A stretch of DNA of 61,572 nucleotides, the filler included, from Bacteriovoracaceae bacterium (lineage in GTDB: Bacteria > Bdellovibrionota > Bacteriovoracia > Bacteriovoracales > Bacteriovoracaceae): NCBI GenBank assembly GCA_018649885.1. It is 5 parts of 5 records of this genome, joined end to end, with 100 filler letters (N's around TTAATTAATTAA, not from the genome) between each part and the next. Parts side by side here need not be neighbours in the genome. Positions count along the whole stretch, not along the records: positions 55,859 to 61,572 come from JABIHA010000016.1; 4 more parts are not named here. One strand, written 5' to 3'. A program made the translations under genes and the position numbers. The first letter of the stretch is position 1. Each line of letters starts with the position of its first letter. The notes under the pieces are model-generated. The model was not told the origin of the DNA. It did no database searches and saw nothing but the letters and a program-made list of their open reading frames with translations. This document shows, one piece after another, positions 61,457 through 61,572 of the stretch.

Positions 61457-61572
61457 GAATGCTACTGCTTTAAGCCACTTGGTTTGAGGATTTATACCTA
61501 TTTCTTGGAATTAGCAAAAGGCTAAATGTCCCTCTTGTTCGACGTTTCAGTGCTCTAGGCTCAACCCTGAAT
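61457..61572 (-). mobile_element. Right end of an IS4-family-like element (transposase tail 61470-61571)
   Basis: Encodes FRVEPRALKRRTRGTFSLLLIPR..., resembling the R.EPRA.KRR....L...R C-terminus of IS4-family transposases. Confidence 0.7.

Overview
The window is a concatenation of five draft contigs joined by artificial 100-nt N/TTAATTAATTAA linkers (23722-23821, 28862-28961, 50303-50402, 55759-55858), so gene neighbourhoods across linkers are not real. The partial 16S rRNA and gene content (TIGR02147-type regulator, SWIB/H1-like protein, System II cytochrome c biogenesis, many secreted orphans) suggest a Bacteriovoracaceae/Halobacteriovorax-like member of Bdellovibrionota (inference). Housekeeping genes: prfC, moeB-rhodanese, proC-putA, resB/ccsA, gcvP (partial), pheST, heptose-7-phosphate kinase, cmk, tRNA-Cys, tRNA-Ser. 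Main leads: (1) an AT-rich island where two XRE-HTH/V4R-like regulators overlap convergently with a LuxI/FeeM-like acyl-synthase candidate and an IS21-disrupted methyltransferase, a possible non-LuxR signalling circuit; (2) a ~590-nt promoter- and terminator-bounded structured ncRNA candidate at 38350-38936; (3) IS4-like ends that always abut GTATCACG plus 10-nt tandem arrays; (4) an A10 -1 frameshift splitting an outer-membrane protein gene; (5) a 27-bp inverted-repeat cassette holding an internally deleted four-helix-bundle gene; (6) a hipBA module truncated by a 136-bp repeat. All family calls are from motif recognition by eye, without database searches.
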